From Escherichia coli (GTDB lineage Bacteria > Pseudomonadota > Gammaproteobacteria > Enterobacterales > Enterobacteriaceae): a DNA stretch of 64,000 nt. Both the position numbers and the translations under genes were made by a program. Where the stretch lies: the NCBI RefSeq assembly GCF_016903815.1, contig NZ_CP069973.1; one strand, given 5' to 3'. The stretch's first letter is position 1, and each line of letters opens with the position of its first letter. The notes under the pieces were generated by a model. The model did no database searches. It was not told where the DNA came from and saw only the letters and a list, made by a program, of their open reading frames with translations. Positions 20,687 through 30,404 of the stretch are shown one piece after another.

Positions 20687-22458
20687 CAGTAAAACTCCAG
20701 AATGGTGGATGTCAGCGGGGTGCTGATACCGGCGGTGAGTGGCTCATTTAACAGGGCGTGCATGGTCGCCCAGGCGAGGTCGGCGTGGCTGGCTTCCTCG
20801 CTGCGGCTGGCTTCATAGGTGGCACTGCGTCCGCTGCTGGTCATGGTCTTGCGGATAGCCATAAACGAGCTGGTGATGTCGGTGGCGCTGACGTCATATT
20901 CCAGACAGCCACGGCGGATAACGTCTTTGGCCTTGAGCACCATTGCGGTTTTCATTTCCGGCGTGTAGCGGATGTCGCGCGCGGCGGGATAGAACGAGCG
21001 CACGAGCTGGAACACGCCGACACCGAGGCCGGTGGCATCAATTCCGATGTATTCGACGTTGTATTTTTCGGTGAGTTTGCGGATGGATTCAGCCTGGGTG
21101 GCAAAGTCCATGCCTTTCCACTGGTGACGCTCAAGTATTCTGAATTTGCCACCGGCCACCACCGGCGGTGCCAGCACCACGCATCCGGCGCTGTCGCCAC
21201 GGTGTGACGGGTCGTAACCAATCCATACCGGGCGGGAGCCGAACGGATTGGCGGCAAACGGTGCATAGTCTTCCCATTCTTCCAGCGTGTCGACCATGCA
21301 GCGTTGCAGCTCCTCGAACGGGAACACCGATGCCTTGTCGTCAACAAATTCACACATGAACAGGTTTTTAAAATCGTCGGCGCTGTTTTCGCGTTTGAGC
21401 TGCTCAATGTCGAACAGCGTGCAGCCGCCTTTCAGGGCGTCCTCAATGGTGACAATCTGTCGCCACTGGCCGTCCGCACAGAGAAGCCCACCGGCAAGGG
21501 CGTTATGACTGACGTCGATTTCCACGCGTTCGGCGGCGCTGGCGCGTCCCCGGTTGAACAGTTCACCCGACCAGAACGGGTAGGCGTCGTGCGCCAGCGT
21601 GGACGGGGTGGAGAAATAGGTCGAGCGCAGGTGACTCTGTGAGGCCATACCTGATGCCACCTTACGCAGTACCTGAAAATTCGGGATCCAGAAAATCTCG
21701 TCGACGTACAGGTCGCCGTTATGGCTCTGTGCGGTGTTGGAGTTGGTGCCGAGAAAAATCAGTTTTGCGCCGTTATTGCCCAGGACAATCGGGTCACCGG
21801 TCAGGTCAACGTCAACCAGCCGGGCAAAGGCGATGATGTATTCGCGGAACACATACGCCTGCGTTTTACTGGCCGACAGAAAAATCTGGTTATGACCGGT
21901 TTTCAGGGCGCGCAGCAGCGCCTCGCGGGAAAAATAAAACGTTGCGCCAATCTGGCGGGATTTCAGGATATCGCGGATGCGGTGCTCAAGCCCGGCGCGA
22001 TACCAGTGCAACTGATAGTCGAAAGACTGCTCAAAGAAAATCTGCTCCAGCTTTTCGATGGCCTCGTCACTGAAAAAATTCTTTTTCGGTTTGCGCCGCC
22101 CGCCTTTGTTGCGGTTAGCGACGTTCGGATTAAGGTCTGCCTCGTTGCCGGTCTGGCTGTAACGGTTGACCCGTGCCAGTCGTTCAATCTGGCGTCCCAG
22201 CAGGTCAATTTCCTTGAAGTCACCGCCGGTTTTCTGCGGTTTGATGATGAGCTGGGTCAGCCGCGCTTCCAGACTCATTTCGACACGGCTGATGGGGGCA
22301 ACGCTGTCCCAGCCGTCGCGCTGTTTCCAGCTCTGCACCGTCGGGCGTTTCATCTGCAACATGGCGGCAATCTGCGGCACGGAAAACCCCTGCCAGTACA
22401 GCAGCGCCGCCTGACGACGCGGGTCGTGTAAAAGAGTGGTGTCTGTGGTGATGGTCAT
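20686..22458 (-). CDS. terminase large (ATPase) subunit (P2 gpP-like)
   Basis: About 590 aa at internal Met (MTITTDTT...); gene order Q-P as in P2. Confidence 0.85.
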   Translation of the reverse strand: MTITTDTTLLHDPRRQAALLYWQGFSVPQIAAMLQMKRPTVQSWKQRDGWDSVAPISRVEMSLEARLTQLIIKPQKTGGDFKEIDLLGRQIERLARVNRYSQTGNEADLNPNVANRNKGGRRKPKKNFFSDEAIEKLEQIFFEQSFDYQLHWYRAGLEHRIRDILKSRQIGATFYFSREALLRALKTGHNQIFLSASKTQAYVFREYIIAFARLVDVDLTGDPIVLGNNGAKLIFLGTNSNTAQSHNGDLYVDEIFWIPNFQVLRKVASGMASQSHLRSTYFSTPSTLAHDAYPFWSGELFNRGRASAAERVEIDVSHNALAGGLLCADGQWRQIVTIEDALKGGCTLFDIEQLKRENSADDFKNLFMCEFVDDKASVFPFEELQRCMVDTLEEWEDYAPFAANPFGSRPVWIGYDPSHRGDSAGCVVLAPPVVAGGKFRILERHQWKGMDFATQAESIRKLTEKYNVEYIGIDATGLGVGVFQLVRSFYPAARDIRYTPEMKTAMVLKAKDVIRRGCLEYDVSATDITSSFMAIRKTMTSSGRSATYEASRSEEASHADLAWATMHALLNEPLTAGISTPLTSTILEFY

Positions 22459-22631
22459 GAATACCTCGCCGTGATGAATACACGGCAAGGCTACTGAGTC
22501 GCGCCCCGCGATTCGCTAAGGTGCTGTTGTGTCAGTGATAAGCCATCCGGGACTGATGGCGGAGGATGCGCATCGTCGGGAAACTGATGCCGACATGTGA
22601 CTCCTCTAATCACTATTCAGGACTCCTGACA

Positions 22632-23486
22632 ATGGCAAAAAAAGTCTCAAAATTCTTTCGTATCGGCGTTGAGGGTGACACCTGTGACGGGCGTGTCATC
22701 AGTGCGCAGGATATTCAGGAAATGGCCGAAACCTTTGACCCGCGTGTCTATGGTTGCCGCATTAACCTGGAACATCTGCGCGGCATCCTGCCTGACGGTA
22801 TTTTTAAACGTTATGGCGATGTGGCCGAACTGAAGGCCGAAAAGATTGACGATGATTCGGCGCTGAAAGGCAAATGGGCGCTGTTTGCGAAAATCACCCC
22901 GACCGATGACCTTATCGCGATGAACAAGGCCGCGCAGAAGGTCTATACCTCAATGGAAATTCAGCCGAACTTTGCCAACACCGGCAAATGTTATCTGGTG
23001 GGTCTGGCCGTCACCGATGACCCGGCAAGCCTCGGCACGGAATACCTGGAATTCTGCCGCACGGCAAAACACAACCCCCTGAACCGCTTCAAATTAAGCC
23101 CTGAAAACCTGATTTCAGTGGCAACGCCTGTTGAGCTGGAATTTGAAGACCTGCCTGAAACCGTGTTTACCGCCCTGACCGAAAAGGTGAAATCCATTTT
23201 TGGCCGCAAACAGGCCAGCGATGACGCCCGTCTGAATGACGTGCATGAAGCGGTGACCGCTGTTGCTGAACATGTGCAGGAAAAACTGAGCGCCACTGAG
23301 CAGCGCCTCGCTGAGATGGAAACTGCCTTTTCCGCTCTTAAGCAGGAGGTGACTGACAGGGCGGATGAAACCAGTCAGGCATTCAGCCGCCTGAAAAACA
23401 GTCTCGACCACACCGAAAGTCTGACCCAGCAGCGCCGCAGCAAGGCCACCGGCGGTGGCGGTGACGCCCTGATGACGAACTGCTGA
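22632..23486 (+). CDS. capsid scaffolding protein (P2 gpO-like)
   Basis: 284 aa from MAKKVSKFF...; coiled-coil-rich C-terminus; precedes the major capsid gene. Confidence 0.75.
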   Translation: MAKKVSKFFRIGVEGDTCDGRVISAQDIQEMAETFDPRVYGCRINLEHLRGILPDGIFKRYGDVAELKAEKIDDDSALKGKWALFAKITPTDDLIAMNKAAQKVYTSMEIQPNFANTGKCYLVGLAVTDDPASLGTEYLEFCRTAKHNPLNRFKLSPENLISVATPVELEFEDLPETVFTALTEKVKSIFGRKQASDDARLNDVHEAVTAVAEHVQEKLSATEQRLAEMETAFSALKQEVTDRADETSQAFSRLKNSLDHTESLTQQRRSKATGGGGDALMTNC

Positions 23487-23540
23487 CCGGGGGCAGTCCG
23501 GGAAAACCTTCACGATTAACCCTTAATTTCAGGAATAACT

Positions 23541-24614
23541 ATGCGCCAGGAAACCCGCTTTAAATTTAATGCCTACCTGTCCCGTGTTGCCGAACTGAAC
23601 GGCATCGACGCCGGTGATGTGTCGAAAAAATTCACCGTTGAACCTTCGGTCACCCAGACCCTGATGAACACCATGCAGGAGTCCTCTGATTTCCTGACCC
23701 GCATCAACATTGTGCCGGTCAGCGAAATGAAAGGGGAAAAAATTGGCATCGGTGTCACCGGCTCCATCGCCAGCACCACCGATACCGCCGGTGGCACCGA
23801 GCGTCAGCCGAAGGACTTCTCGAAGCTGGCGTCAAACAAGTACGAATGCGACCAGATTAACTTCGATTTTTATATCCGCTACAAAACGCTGGACCTGTGG
23901 GCGCGTTATCAGGATTTCCAGCTCCGTGTCCGTAACGCCATTATCAAACGCCAGTCCCTTGATTTCATCATGGCCGGTTTTAACGGCGTGAAGCGTGCCG
24001 AAACCTCTGACCGCAACAGTAATCCGATGCTGCAGGATGTGGCGGTCGGCTGGCTGCAGAAATACCGCAATGAAGCCCCGGCGCGCGTGATGAGCAAGGT
24101 CACTGACGAGGAAGGTCGCACCACCTCTGAGGTCATCCGCGTGGGTAAGGGCGGTGATTATGCCAGCCTCGATGCACTGGTGATGGATGCGACCAACAAC
24201 CTGATTGAGCCGTGGTATCAGGAAGACCCTGACCTTGTGGTGATTGTGGGGCGTCAGCTACTGGCGGACAAGTATTTCCCCATCGTTAACAAGGAGCAGG
24301 ACAACAGCGAAATGCTGGCCGCTGACGTCATCATCAGCCAGAAACGCATCGGTAACCTGCCGGCGGTACGCGTCCCGTACTTCCCGGCGGATGCGATGCT
24401 CATCACGAAGCTGGAAAACCTGTCCATCTACTACATGGATGACAGCCATCGCCGCGTGATTGAGGAGAACCCGAAACTCGACCGCGTGGAGAACTACGAG
24501 TCAATGAACATTGATTACGTGGTGGAAGACTACGCCGCCGGTTGTCTGGTGGAAAAAATCAAGGTCGGTGACTTCTCCACACCGGCCAAGGCGACCGCAG
24601 AGCCGGGAGCGTAA
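23541..24614 (+). CDS. major capsid protein (P2 gpN-like)
   Basis: 357 aa, size and position identical to P2 N. Confidence 0.85.
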   Translation: MRQETRFKFNAYLSRVAELNGIDAGDVSKKFTVEPSVTQTLMNTMQESSDFLTRINIVPVSEMKGEKIGIGVTGSIASTTDTAGGTERQPKDFSKLASNKYECDQINFDFYIRYKTLDLWARYQDFQLRVRNAIIKRQSLDFIMAGFNGVKRAETSDRNSNPMLQDVAVGWLQKYRNEAPARVMSKVTDEEGRTTSEVIRVGKGGDYASLDALVMDATNNLIEPWYQEDPDLVVIVGRQLLADKYFPIVNKEQDNSEMLAADVIISQKRIGNLPAVRVPYFPADAMLITKLENLSIYYMDDSHRRVIEENPKLDRVENYESMNIDYVVEDYAAGCLVEKIKVGDFSTPAKATAEPGA

Positions 24615-24617
24615 CCG

Positions 24618-25361
24618 ATGACGAGTCCCGCACAGCGCCACATGATGCGGGTCTCGGCAGCGATGACCGCGCAGCGGGAAGCCGCCCCGCTGCGACATGC
24701 AACTGTCTATGAGCAGATGCTGGTTAAGCTCGCCGCAGACCAGCGCACACTGAAAGCGATTTATTCAAAAGAGCTGAAGGCCGCGAAAAAACGCGAACTG
24801 CTGCCGTTCTGGTTGCCGTGGGTGAACGGCGTGCTGGAGCAGGGCAAAGGTGCACAGGATGACATTCTGATGACGGTCATGCTGTGGCGTCTGGATACCG
24901 GCGATATTGCCGGTGCGCTGGAGATTGCCCGTTATGCCCTGAAGTACGGTCTGACCATGCCGGGTAAACACCGCCGCACCCCGCCGTACATGTTCACCGA
25001 GGAGGTCGCGCTTGCGGCCATGCGTGCCCACGCTGCCGGTGAGTCTGTGGATACCCGCCTGCTGACGGAGACCCTTGAACTGACTGCCGCTGCTGACATG
25101 CCTGATGAAGTGCGCGCAAAGCTGCACAAAATCACCGGTCTGTTTCTGCGTGACGGTGGTGATGCCGCCGGTGCGCTGGCGCACCTGCAACGTGCGACAC
25201 AGCTCGACTGTCAGGCAGGCGTCAAAAAAGAGATTGAACGACTGGAGCGGGAGCTGAAACCGAAGCCGGAGCCGCAACCCAAAGCGGCCACCCGTGCCAC
25301 GCGTAAGACCCGGAGCGTGACACCGGCAAAACGTGGACGCCCGAAAAAGAAAGCCAGTTAA
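24618..25361 (+). CDS. terminase small subunit / endonuclease (P2 gpM-like)
   Basis: 247 aa, basic C-terminus; position after N. Confidence 0.75.
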   Translation: MTSPAQRHMMRVSAAMTAQREAAPLRHATVYEQMLVKLAADQRTLKAIYSKELKAAKKRELLPFWLPWVNGVLEQGKGAQDDILMTVMLWRLDTGDIAGALEIARYALKYGLTMPGKHRRTPPYMFTEEVALAAMRAHAAGESVDTRLLTETLELTAAADMPDEVRAKLHKITGLFLRDGGDAAGALAHLQRATQLDCQAGVKKEIERLERELKPKPEPQPKAATRATRKTRSVTPAKRGRPKKKAS

Positions 25362-25460
25362 CAACCGAATGCGCCCCGCGCCAGGGCGGCACGCCGGTCA
25401 GTGAGGGTGAATCACCTGACACTACACCGGCGTCCACCGCCCGACTTTTCAGAGGTAGTC

Positions 25461-25970
25461 ATGATGACGCTGATTATTCCGCGAAAGGAGGCTCCTGTAT
25501 CCGGTGAGGGTACGGTGGTCATCCCGCAACCGGCAGGCGACGAGCCGGTGATTAAAAACACGTTCTTTTTTCCCGATATCGACCCGAAGCGCGTCCGGGA
25601 ACGTATGCGCCTTGAGCAGACCGTCGCCCCCGCCCGTCTGCGTGAGGCCATCAAGTCAGGCATGGCTGAAACGAATGCGGAGCTGTACGAGTACCGCGAA
25701 CAGAAAATTGCCGCCGGTTTTACGCGTCTGGCTGACGTCCCGGCAGACGATATCGACGGTGAAAGCATCAAAGTTTTTTACTACGAGCGCGCCGTGTGTG
25801 CGATGGCGACCGCGTCGCTTTATGAGCGTTATCGCGGCGTGGATGCCAGTGCGAAAGGCGACAAGAAGGCCGACAGCATTGACAGCACCATTGATGAGCT
25901 GTGGCGGGATATGCGCTGGGCGGTGGCGCGCATCCAGGGCAAGCCGCGCTGCATCGTGAGTCAAATCTGA
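25461..25970 (+). CDS. head completion/stabilisation protein (P2 gpL-like)
   Basis: 169 aa from internal Met; position between M and X. Confidence 0.7.
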   Translation: MMTLIIPRKEAPVSGEGTVVIPQPAGDEPVIKNTFFFPDIDPKRVRERMRLEQTVAPARLREAIKSGMAETNAELYEYREQKIAAGFTRLADVPADDIDGESIKVFYYERAVCAMATASLYERYRGVDASAKGDKKADSIDSTIDELWRDMRWAVARIQGKPRCIVSQI

Positions 25971-26173
25971 TGAAGACCTTTGCGCTACAGGGCGACACGC
26001 TCGACGCCATTTGTGTCCGCTATTACGGGCGCACTGAGGGCGTGGTCGAGGCCGTGCTCGCCGCAAATCCGGGACTGGCTGAACTGGGGGCGGTGCTGCC
26101 ACACGGCACCGCCGTCGAACTGCCCGACGTTCAGACCGCGCCCGTGGCTGAAACTGTCAATCTGTGGGAGTAA
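25970..26173 (+). CDS. tail protein X (LysM-like, P2 gpX-like)
   Basis: 67 aa (MKTFALQGDTLDAICVRYYG...), start overlaps the L stop (TGATG). Confidence 0.7.
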   Translation: MKTFALQGDTLDAICVRYYGRTEGVVEAVLAANPGLAELGAVLPHGTAVELPDVQTAPVAETVNLWE

Positions 26174-26176
26174 CGC

Positions 26177-26458
26177 ATGACAGCAGAAGAAAAAAGCGTC
26201 CTGTCGCTTTTCATGATTGGGGTGCTGATTGTTGTCGGCAAGGTGCTTGCCGGTGGTGAACCTATCACCCCGCGTCTGTTTATCGGGCGCATGTTGCTCG
26301 GTGGTTTTGTCTCGATGGTTGCCGGTGTTGTTCTGGTGCAGTTTCCTGACCTGTCACTGCCTGCGGTGTGCGGCATCGGCTCCATGCTGGGTATCGCCGG
26401 TTATCAGGTGATTGAGATTGCCATTCAGCGCCGTTTTAAGGGCAGGGGGAAACCGTAA
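26177..26458 (+). CDS. holin (P2 gpY-like)
   Basis: 93 aa with hydrophobic helices and charged C-terminus; first gene of the lysis cassette. Confidence 0.65.
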   Translation: MTAEEKSVLSLFMIGVLIVVGKVLAGGEPITPRLFIGRMLLGGFVSMVAGVVLVQFPDLSLPAVCGIGSMLGIAGYQVIEIAIQRRFKGRGKP

Positions 26459-26955
26459 TGCCGGTAATTAACACGCATCAGAATATCGCCGCCTTTCTCG
26501 ACATGCTGGCCGTGTCCGAAGGGACGGCGAATCATCCGCTGACGAAAAACCGGGGCTATGACGTGATAGTCACCGGACTGGACGGAAAGCCGGAAATTTT
26601 CACCGACTACAGTGACCACCCGTTCGCGCATGGCCGACCGGCGAAGGTGTTTAACCGTCGCGGTGAAAAATCCACGGCCTCCGGTCGCTATCAGCAGCTT
26701 TACCTGTTCTGGCCGCACTACCGCAAACAGCTTGCCCTGCCGGATTTCAGTCCGTTGTCACAGGACAGGCTCGCCATTCAGTTGATCCGCGAACGCGGTG
26801 CACTGGATGACATCCGGGCGGGACGCATTGAGCGCGCCATTTCACGCTGTCGCAATATCTGGGCGTCCCTGCCGGGTGCCGGTTACGGTCAGCGTGAGCA
26901 TTCACTGGAAAAACTGGTCACCGTCTGGCGTACCGCCGGCGGCGTACCGGCTTAA
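26458..26955 (+). CDS. endolysin (P2 gpK-like lysozyme/transglycosylase)
   Basis: 165 aa; catalytic-type motif DMLAVSEGT near the N-terminus. Confidence 0.7.
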   Translation: MPVINTHQNIAAFLDMLAVSEGTANHPLTKNRGYDVIVTGLDGKPEIFTDYSDHPFAHGRPAKVFNRRGEKSTASGRYQQLYLFWPHYRKQLALPDFSPLSQDRLAIQLIRERGALDDIRAGRIERAISRCRNIWASLPGAGYGQREHSLEKLVTVWRTAGGVPA

Positions 26956-26969
26956 ACGGAGTAAACACC

Positions 26970-27395
26970 ATGAAGAAATTATCCCTTTCACTGATGCTGA
27001 ACGTGTCGCTGGCGCTGATGCTGGCACTGTCCCTGATTTACCCGCAGAGCGTGGCCGTCAGTTTTGTCGCCACCTGGGCGATTCTGGCGACGGTTATCTG
27101 TGTGGTTGCCGGTGGTGTCGGCGTGTATGCCACGGAGTATGTGCTGGAACGCTACGGGCGGGAGCTGCCGCCGGAATCGCTGGCCGTGAAGATTGTCACG
27201 TCGCTGTTTTTGCAGCCGGTGCCGTGGCGCAGACGGGCGGCGGCTCTGGTGGTGATGGTGGCGACGTTTATCTCGCTGGTCGCTGCCGGGTGGATTTTTA
27301 CCGCGCTGATTTATCTTGTGGCGTCGCTGTTTTTCCGGCTGATACGTAAAGCCTGTCGTCAGCGTCTTGAGGGGCGGGAACTATGTCAAAGCTGA
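26970..27395 (+). CDS. LysA-like lysis-timing membrane protein
   Basis: 141 aa, several TM helices, position after endolysin. Confidence 0.55.
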   Translation: MKKLSLSLMLNVSLALMLALSLIYPQSVAVSFVATWAILATVICVVAGGVGVYATEYVLERYGRELPPESLAVKIVTSLFLQPVPWRRRAAALVVMVATFISLVAAGWIFTALIYLVASLFFRLIRKACRQRLEGRELCQS

Positions 27396-27808
27396 TGATT
27401 GTGCTGGTCGTGTTGTTATCGCTGGCGGTGGCCGGTCTGTTTCTGGTGAAACACAAAAATGCCAGCCTGCGCGCCTCGCTGGACAGGGCGAATAACGTCG
27501 CCAGTGAACAGCAGACGACCATCACCATGCTGAAAAATCAGCTTCATGTTGCCATCACCAGGGCAGACAAAAACGAGCTGGCGCAGGTGGCACTGCGTCA
27601 GGAACTGGAGAACGCCGCGAAGCGTGAAGCACAGCGCGAGAAAACCATCACGAGGTTACTCAATGAAAACGAAGATTTTCGCCGCTGGTACGGTGCTGAC
27701 CTGCCTGATGCTGTGCGCCGGTTGCACCAGCGCCCGGCCTGCGCAGACGCCAGTGATTGTCCACAACGCCTGCCCGAAAGTGAGTCTTTGCCCGATGCCG
27801 GGCAGTGA
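27383..27808 (+). CDS. LysB-like (Rz-like spanin, inner-membrane component)
   Basis: 141 aa, N-terminal TM helix then coiled-coil region. Confidence 0.55.
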   Translation: MSKLMIVLVVLLSLAVAGLFLVKHKNASLRASLDRANNVASEQQTTITMLKNQLHVAITRADKNELAQVALRQELENAAKREAQREKTITRLLNENEDFRRWYGADLPDAVRRLHQRPACADASDCPQRLPESESLPDAGQ

Positions 27809-27953
27809 CCCGCAGAAGAACGGCGATTTAAGTGCCGATATCCGGCTGCTTGAGAACGCGCTGGCACGCTGTGCCAGCCAGGTAAAAATGATTAAACACT
27901 GTCAGGACGAAAACGATGCTCAAACCCGACAGCCTGCGCAGGGCGCTGACTGA
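27663..27953 (+). CDS. LysC-like (Rz1-like outer-membrane lipoprotein spanin), begins inside lysB in another frame
   Basis: Lipoprotein signal with lipobox (MKTKIFAAGTVLTCLMLCAGCTS), Pro-rich; 96 aa like P2 LysC. Confidence 0.5.
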   Translation: MKTKIFAAGTVLTCLMLCAGCTSARPAQTPVIVHNACPKVSLCPMPGSDPQKNGDLSADIRLLENALARCASQVKMIKHCQDENDAQTRQPAQGAD

Positions 27954-28383
27954 TGCCGTCACGGTGCTGAAAACCAGTCCCGAGATGCTGCGGATATTCG
28001 TGGATAACGGGAGTATTGCCTCCACGCTGGCGACGTCGCTGTCATTCGAAAAGCGTTACACGCTCAATGTCATTGTGACCGACTTTACCGGTGATTTTGA
28101 CCTGCTCATCGTGCCGGTGCTGGCGTGGCTGCGGGAAAATCAGCCCGACATCATGACCACCGACGAAGGCCAGAAAAAGGGCTTCACGTTTTATGCGGAC
28201 ATCAACAATGACAGCAGCTTTGATATCAGCATCAGCCTGATGCTGACCGAGCGCACGCTGGTCAGTGAGGTGGACGGCGCACTGCATGTGAAGAATATCC
28301 CGGAACCTCCGCCGCCGGAGCCGGTCACTCGCCCGATGGAGCTTTATATCAATGGCGAACTGGTGAGCAAGTGGGATGAATGA
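27916..28383 (+). CDS. tail completion protein (P2 gpR-like)
   Basis: 155 aa, size and position as P2 R. Confidence 0.7.
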   Translation: MLKPDSLRRALTDAVTVLKTSPEMLRIFVDNGSIASTLATSLSFEKRYTLNVIVTDFTGDFDLLIVPVLAWLRENQPDIMTTDEGQKKGFTFYADINNDSSFDISISLMLTERTLVSEVDGALHVKNIPEPPPPEPVTRPMELYINGELVSKWDE

Positions 28384-28828
28384 GTTTAAGCGTTTTGAAG
28401 ACCGGCTGACCGGGCTGATTGAATCACTGTCACCATCAGGGCGTCGGCGACTGAGCACCGAACTGGCGAAACATCTGCGGCAGAGTCAGCAGCGCCGGGT
28501 GATGGCACAGAAAGCCCCGGACGGCACACCCTACGCACCACGCCAGCAGCAGAGCGCCAGAAAAAAGACCGGTCGTGTTAAGCGAAAAATGTTTGCGAAA
28601 CTTATCACCAGTCGTTTTTTGCATATCCGCGCCAGCCCGGAACAGGCATCAATGGAGTTTTACGGCGGAAAGTCACCGAAAATCGCCAGTGTGCATCAGT
28701 TCGGTCTGTCGGAAGAAACCCGGAAAGACGGTAAGAAAATTGATTATCCGGCGCGTCCTCTGCTCGGCTTTACCGGTGAGGATGTGCAGATGATTGAAGA
28801 GATTATCCTGGCTCACCTTGAGCGTTAG
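28376..28828 (+). CDS. tail completion protein (P2 gpS-like)
   Basis: 150 aa, size and position as P2 S. Confidence 0.7.
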   Translation: MNEFKRFEDRLTGLIESLSPSGRRRLSTELAKHLRQSQQRRVMAQKAPDGTPYAPRQQQSARKKTGRVKRKMFAKLITSRFLHIRASPEQASMEFYGGKSPKIASVHQFGLSEETRKDGKKIDYPARPLLGFTGEDVQMIEEIILAHLER

Positions 28829-28857
28829 TTTTATCCAGGCAGAGGCTGATGCGCAAT

Positions 28858-28894
28858 TAAACATTGAGCGGCCATGCTGGTCGCTCAATGTTTA
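28858..28894. repeat. perfect 13-bp inverted repeat (TAAACATTGAGCG / CGCTCAATGTTTA) with 11-nt loop
   Basis: Read directly from the sequence; sits between convergent S and the cargo gene, so it could be a bidirectional terminator. Confidence 0.6.
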
Positions 28895-28899
28895 GAGGT

Positions 28900-29685
28900 T
28901 TATGAGTGATTTTTATTTGATGCTTTGTATTCTAAAACCTTCTTATTGGCGTAAAAGAATTTTGTATATGACAGGAATATAACCAGACCTGAAGTGAAAT
29001 AGACGAGGGATAGTATTAATAATGCTTTTTTGTGACTGTTATTGTCTTTAATCTCCTGGCTTAACCATTCGGAGTCCTCCTCGTTTAACTGTAAGAGCTT
29101 ATTGCAGGCGATCTCAGGAAGTGTGTCTTTTATAAATACGTTTTGCAGTCTCTTGCAATCGGCAAGGCTATAAGTTTTATTAAATTCAACTGCTTTATTT
29201 TTGAAGGATAAAAGAACTTTGTCACTATAAACATAGTACATCATGTTTTTATATGGTATGCCTATGGCATCCCTTACTATAACGGATTGTTCGTTGTGTA
29301 TGTAACATGCGAGGAGAATGTAAAAAATACTGGCCAGAATTACAATTATTGTTTTAATTACGTGTGGTGGTTTTGTTATGTCACCCCAGATGCGAGTAAG
29401 GAAAAAATACGATGTTTTTAGTTTTCCATCAATCAGTCCCTGCTGTATCATTCTCACATTTTCAATGCCTGATACATTGATTCCGTTAATTATTTTAAAT
29501 AGTTGAATGTCGCGCCACTCGCGGTCAAGTCTTTTTAATTTTTTGTCTGAATATCCAAAATTGAGATAATGTGCAATAAGCCTCATAAGGTTACTTTTAC
29601 CAAAGCTAAAAAATGCTAATACTGCAAAGCTACAAAGGAAAAAAACGATTAGCCCCCACACATTAGTCACATTATAGCTGACCAT
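28900..29685 (-). CDS. cargo membrane protein (three predicted TM helices), function unknown
   Basis: 261 aa, AT-rich, opposite orientation to flanking late genes, at the P2 orf30 variable position between S and V. Confidence 0.5.
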   Translation of the reverse strand: MVSYNVTNVWGLIVFFLCSFAVLAFFSFGKSNLMRLIAHYLNFGYSDKKLKRLDREWRDIQLFKIINGINVSGIENVRMIQQGLIDGKLKTSYFFLTRIWGDITKPPHVIKTIIVILASIFYILLACYIHNEQSVIVRDAIGIPYKNMMYYVYSDKVLLSFKNKAVEFNKTYSLADCKRLQNVFIKDTLPEIACNKLLQLNEEDSEWLSQEIKDNNSHKKALLILSLVYFTSGLVIFLSYTKFFYANKKVLEYKASNKNHS

Positions 29686-29768
29686 TACGCTCTCCTTGAA
29701 TGTTGTCTGGTAGTTCTACAAATGAATCCAGATAGCATAACTTTTATATATTGTGCAATCTCACATGC

Positions 29769-30404
29769 ATGAACACTCTCGCAAATATTCAGGAACTCGC
29801 GCGCGCACTGCGCAACATGATTCGCACCGGCATTATCGTCGAAACCGACCTTAACGCCGGTCGCTGCCGTGTGCAGACCGGCGGCATGTGCACCGACTGG
29901 CTTCAGTGGCTGACCCATCGTGCCGGACGTTCACGCACATGGTGGGCACCTTCCGTGGGGGAACAGGTGCTGATTCTGGCCGTGGGCGGTGAACTCGACA
30001 CGGCGTTCGTTCTGCCGGGGATTTATTCCGGCGATAACCCTCCGCCGTCTGCGTCGGCGGATGCCCTGCACATACGTTTCCCTGACGGGGCGGTGATTGA
30101 ATATGAACCCGAAACCAGTGCACTCACGGTAAGCGGAATTAAAACGGCCAGCGTGACGGCTTCTGATTCTGTTACTGCCACGGTGCCGGTGGTCATGGTG
30201 AAAGCATCAACCCGCGTCACCCTGGACACCCCGGAGGTGGTCTGCACCAACAGGCTGATTACCGGCACGCTGGAAGTGCAGAAGGGCGGGACGATGCGCG
30301 GCAACATTGAACACACCGGCGGTGAACTCTCATCAAACGGTAAGGTACTGCATACCCATAAACACCCCGGCGACAGCGGCGGCACAACCGGGAGTCCTTT
30401 ATGA
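29769..30404 (+). CDS. baseplate assembly protein V (spike)
   Basis: 211 aa from internal Met; gene order V-W-J-I as in P2. Confidence 0.75.
   Translation: MNTLANIQELARALRNMIRTGIIVETDLNAGRCRVQTGGMCTDWLQWLTHRAGRSRTWWAPSVGEQVLILAVGGELDTAFVLPGIYSGDNPPPSASADALHIRFPDGAVIEYEPETSALTVSGIKTASVTASDSVTATVPVVMVKASTRVTLDTPEVVCTNRLITGTLEVQKGGTMRGNIEHTGGELSSNGKVLHTHKHPGDSGGTTGSPL

Noticed and set aside
26798-27349. 183-aa ORF overlapping endolysin K and lysA
   Set aside because: Out-of-frame overlap with two well-supported lysis genes; Gly/Arg-rich translation typical of a GC-rich alternative frame.
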